DNA of 64,000 nucleotides. It comes from a virus. The stretch's first letter is position 1; the number at the start of each line of letters is the position of its first letter. Both the position numbers and the translations under genes were made by a program. The notes beneath the pieces are model-generated. The model ran no database searches and was not told where the DNA came from. It saw only the letters and a program-made list of their open reading frames with translations. The stretch is taken from IMG/VR virus record IMGVR_UViG_3300047550_003635; one strand, 5' to 3'. Below, piece after piece: positions 60,770 to 64,000 of the stretch.

Positions 60770-62437
60770 ATGGCAATTAAACTTTTCGGCTTCACGCTCG
60801 GAAAACCAGACGTAACTCAGGTTCAAAACCCTGACCAAAGGTCTTTTGTTCCTCCAACAAGCACGATTGATGATGGTGCTGTTACCATTACTCAAAATGC
60901 GTATTATGGAACATATGTTGACCTTGAAGGTGCAGTTAGAAATGAAATAGAACTCATTACACGATATCGTGAAATGGCTAATCACCCAGAATTGGAAATG
61001 GCTATTGATGATATCGTTAATGAAGCTATTTCTCACGATGATACTGGTCGAACAGTAAATCTAGTTCTTGACAAACTAAAACAACCAGAATCAATTAAAA
61101 AGAAAATATTAGAAGAATTTGAAAACATTCTAAAAATGCTGAATTTCAGTAATTTGGCAGATGACCTTTTCAAACGTTGGTATATTGATGGACGAATTTA
61201 TTATCATGTTCTTGTTGATGAATCAAATCCAAAATTAGGAATTCAAGAACTTCGTTTTATTGACCCAAGAAAGATTCGTAAAGTTCGTGAAATAAAGAAA
61301 ATGCGCGACCCTAAAACTGGCGCTAATATTATTGAATCGATGGCAGAATACTATGTTTACAATGATAAGGGTCAACCAACACAAACATATACCAGTAATA
61401 TCAATGCTGGTTTAAGAATTGCACCAGAATCCATCATCAATGTCAATTCAGGATTGATGGACGCTAAAAACACTTTTGTAATTTCATATCTTCATAAAGC
61501 AATTAAGCCACTCAATCAACTTCGTATGATTGAAGATGCTGTTGTTATTTACCGTTTATCACGCGCACCAGAACGTCGTATATTTTATATTGACGTAGGT
61601 AATTTACCAAAAGGTAAAGCTGAACAATACTTGCGTGATATCATGATTAAGTATAAAAATAAAATGGTTTATGATGCAAATACTGGTGAATTACGCGATG
61701 ACCGTAAACATATGTCAATGCTTGAGGATTTTTGGTTGCCTCGTCGTGAAGGTGGTAAAGGAACTGAAATTACTACTTTACCCGCAGGTCAAAATCTTGG
61801 TGAAATGGAAGATGTCAAATATTTCCGTCAAAAACTTTTAAATTCATTGAACGTTCCAATTTCACGTTTGGAACAACAACAAGGTGGTATGATTGGTGTT
61901 GGTAGAACTGCCGAAGTTACCCGTGATGAAGTTAAATTTACCAAATTCATTATGAGATTGCGTAATAAATTCTCACAAATTTTCGACAATGCATTACGAA
62001 TACAACTCGTATTGAAAGGTATTTGCACCTCAGAAGAATGGGATGAATTTAAAGAAAGTATTTACTATGATTATATTCGTGATAATCACTTTACAGAATT
62101 AAGAGATACTGAATTATTACGCGAAAGAATCTCAACACTAAATGTAGTTGACCCATATATTGGAAGATTCTATTCTGCAAATTGGGTTAAAAGAAATGTT
62201 CTAAGATTCTCAACAGAAGAAATAGAACAGATGCAAAAAGAAAACGAAGAAGAAGAAAAACAAGGTATTGGTGGACCAACTCAAATGATGCTTCAACAGC
62301 AACAAGAAAATCAACAAATGCAACAACAATATCCACCAGAAGATAATACTCAAGATGATAGTGATTCACAAGAAACAAAAACGCCACAGTTAGATGCACA
62401 AGTAATTAACTACTCTAACAGACTAAATAGAAAATAA
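60770..62437 (+). CDS. gp20: portal protein gp20
   Basis: YR.MA.HPE...AI..IVNE, RAPERRIFYIDVGN.PK.KAEQY, EDFWLPRREGG.GTEI.TLP. Confidence 0.97.
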   Translation: MAIKLFGFTLGKPDVTQVQNPDQRSFVPPTSTIDDGAVTITQNAYYGTYVDLEGAVRNEIELITRYREMANHPELEMAIDDIVNEAISHDDTGRTVNLVLDKLKQPESIKKKILEEFENILKMLNFSNLADDLFKRWYIDGRIYYHVLVDESNPKLGIQELRFIDPRKIRKVREIKKMRDPKTGANIIESMAEYYVYNDKGQPTQTYTSNINAGLRIAPESIINVNSGLMDAKNTFVISYLHKAIKPLNQLRMIEDAVVIYRLSRAPERRIFYIDVGNLPKGKAEQYLRDIMIKYKNKMVYDANTGELRDDRKHMSMLEDFWLPRREGGKGTEITTLPAGQNLGEMEDVKYFRQKLLNSLNVPISRLEQQQGGMIGVGRTAEVTRDEVKFTKFIMRLRNKFSQIFDNALRIQLVLKGICTSEEWDEFKESIYYDYIRDNHFTELRDTELLRERISTLNVVDPYIGRFYSANWVKRNVLRFSTEEIEQMQKENEEEEKQGIGGPTQMMLQQQQENQQMQQQYPPEDNTQDDSDSQETKTPQLDAQVINYSNRLNRK

Positions 62438-62448
62438 TTGGAGATAAT

Positions 62449-62652
62449 ATGGATATTGGTCAATTTTTAAATAATGTTGCAGCAGGAAATGCAAACGATG
62501 CTAAAGAAAATATAAATGATATTCTTTCTGCAAAAGCATTTGAAGCATTAGATGCACAGAAAGAAGAATTAGCAAAAACAATGTTCAATCATAATGAACA
62601 AGAATTGGAAAATACTAACGAAGTTGAAACGGAATCAGATACAGAACAATAA
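62449..62652 (+). CDS. prohead core protein (gp67-like)
   Basis: Small acidic ORF immediately after the portal gene. Confidence 0.65.
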   Translation: MDIGQFLNNVAAGNANDAKENINDILSAKAFEALDAQKEELAKTMFNHNEQELENTNEVETESDTEQ

Positions 62653-63293
62653 TGAAACTATTAAAAGAATTTAAAAATTCAAATAAATTAGAAGAAAAAG
62701 TTGTTGATATAACAACATCTGATTTTAAAATTGAACCATCGGGAAGAAAAGCTAGAGCCCATAGATTTAAAGTTGGTGAAAAGCCATCTATTAATGCTAA
62801 TGTAGCAAATACTATGGCAACAACGGCTACTTCTCCTAATATGTCAAATTTCAATCAAAGTTATCCTATCACTGAAGTTTTGGCTAATGCTGAACCTGAC
62901 CCGCCTTATGTTTTATTGTTGAAAAGAACAGCAATTAGACTTTATCCAAATGAGATGAGAGTTGCTTTATATTACAATAAACAATTAGATAAACATTTTT
63001 CTGTTCCTTATGGTTTAAAAGGTTCAGCGGGTGTTATACAAGCAGAAGAAATTGAGCCGATTGAAGAATCTGTGATGGACCAATTACATAAAATTGTCGA
63101 TAACAAGTCAGCACAAAGAGTTAAATTTGCATCAGGAGAAACGAGAAAAGTTGACCATTTTACGGCTTCGGCTATTACTCAAGTTCACAAAGCACTGAAT
63201 GATGAAAATAAAAAGAAATTTTCAGATATGGTGCACAAATCTCCACAACATTTAATGAAAGCTGCCGATTTTGCTTTTAAACATGTCAAATGA
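62652..63293 (+). CDS. head-associated hypothetical protein
   Basis: 213-aa ORF within the prohead cluster. Confidence 0.6.
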   Translation: MKLLKEFKNSNKLEEKVVDITTSDFKIEPSGRKARAHRFKVGEKPSINANVANTMATTATSPNMSNFNQSYPITEVLANAEPDPPYVLLLKRTAIRLYPNEMRVALYYNKQLDKHFSVPYGLKGSAGVIQAEEIEPIEESVMDQLHKIVDNKSAQRVKFASGETRKVDHFTASAITQVHKALNDENKKKFSDMVHKSPQHLMKAADFAFKHVK

Positions 63294-63724
63294 ACTTTTT
63301 AAAATTAATAACAGAAAATAAACTTGATGAAGCAAAGCAAAAATTATTTGAAAAGTTGGAACTTAAAATTGTTGAGAAGTTGATTGAATTAAAAAAAGAT
63401 ATTGTTGACATGACATATAATTTGGACGAAGCAGTTAAACGAAATCCAAATATAGTGAAGATGGGAAGAATCACAAGAATTAGAAGAAGAATTAGAAGAA
63501 ATGCTAAGGGTCAAATTGTTATTCAAAGAAACAGAAAAAGAAGTAATATAAAAGGATATAGAATACAAGGTTCTTCGATAAGACGAATATCAGCAGTTGA
63601 TAGATTGCATAAAGCAAGATTGCTCAAACGTTCTTGGAGAACAACTAGAAAAGGTAAACTTCGCCGTTCATTGATGAGAAGAACCATGTCAATGCGTAGG
63701 CGTCAATCAATGGGAATAAGATAA
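63290..63724 (+). CDS. prohead core protein (gp68-like), Arg-rich C-terminus
   Basis: Acidic N-terminus, basic C-terminus ending RRRQSMGIR, similar in layout to T4 gp68; synteny. Confidence 0.65.
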   Translation: MNFLKLITENKLDEAKQKLFEKLELKIVEKLIELKKDIVDMTYNLDEAVKRNPNIVKMGRITRIRRRIRRNAKGQIVIQRNRKRSNIKGYRIQGSSIRRISAVDRLHKARLLKRSWRTTRKGKLRRSLMRRTMSMRRRQSMGIR

Positions 63725-63725
63725 A

Positions 63726-64000
63726 ATGTCATTCGAAATTATAAACTCAGTTAGAACACCTTCGATTATTAATATCGTTAATCCTGGAACAACAACGATT
63801 TTCTTGGCTAATCTTTCAGCTAATGCTAATGAAACCGTTAATTATGCCAATATCAGAAAATTAAATTGGTCAACAAACGGTAATATTACTATTACAAGAA
63901 ATTCAGTTCCAATCATTACGCTTCACAATGCTGGTGAATTGCGTTGTGATGATTTTGGATTTAGTTTTGCAAATAATAATACTCAAAGTATTGTCGTAAC
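63726..64000 (+). CDS. virion-type hypothetical protein (partial, runs off the window)
   Basis: ATG at 63726, open to the end (MSFEIINSVRTPS...). Confidence 0.65.
   Translation, partial: MSFEIINSVRTPSIINIVNPGTTTIFLANLSANANETVNYANIRKLNWSTNGNITITRNSVPIITLHNAGELRCDDFGFSFANNNTQSIVV

Noticed and set aside
63290-63724. Novel protamine-like Arg-rich protein
   Set aside because: Position and charge layout match the known gp68-like prohead core protein.

Overview
AT-rich segment of a large T4-like (gp13-gp20/gp32/gp33/gp59-type) myophage genome. About 1-12 kb holds early/replication and auxiliary genes: RNase H, GT2, GalE, MazG-like, DenV-like, an exonuclease, a SleB-like hydrolase, gp33, gp59 and gp32, plus a circularly permuted two-piece tmRNA gene at about 6.93-7.26 kb. 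A minus-strand block at 12-19 kb encodes two tape-measure-like paralogues (one with GH19 and M23 domains), gp51/gp26, gp54, gp2 and gp4. Baseplate genes run from 19 to 36 kb. An accessory tail-fibre/adhesin region at 36-53 kb is interleaved with tailoring enzymes (2OG-Fe(II) oxygenases, PP-loop ATPase, GT9, sulfotransferase, methyltransferases, APS-kinase/nucleotidyltransferase fusion). Neck, terminase (with an inserted dps), sheath, tube, portal and prohead genes fill 53-64 kb. The most notable observations are: a gp38-like polyglycine adhesin split into two translationally coupled ORFs beside putative modifying enzymes; a candidate virion glycosylation/sulfation cassette together with an [A/S]-N motif enriched in virion proteins; a probable -1 frameshift joining gp26 and gp51; the permuted tmRNA; and near-total GATC avoidance. 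All protein calls are from motif and synteny recognition by eye, with no database searches.
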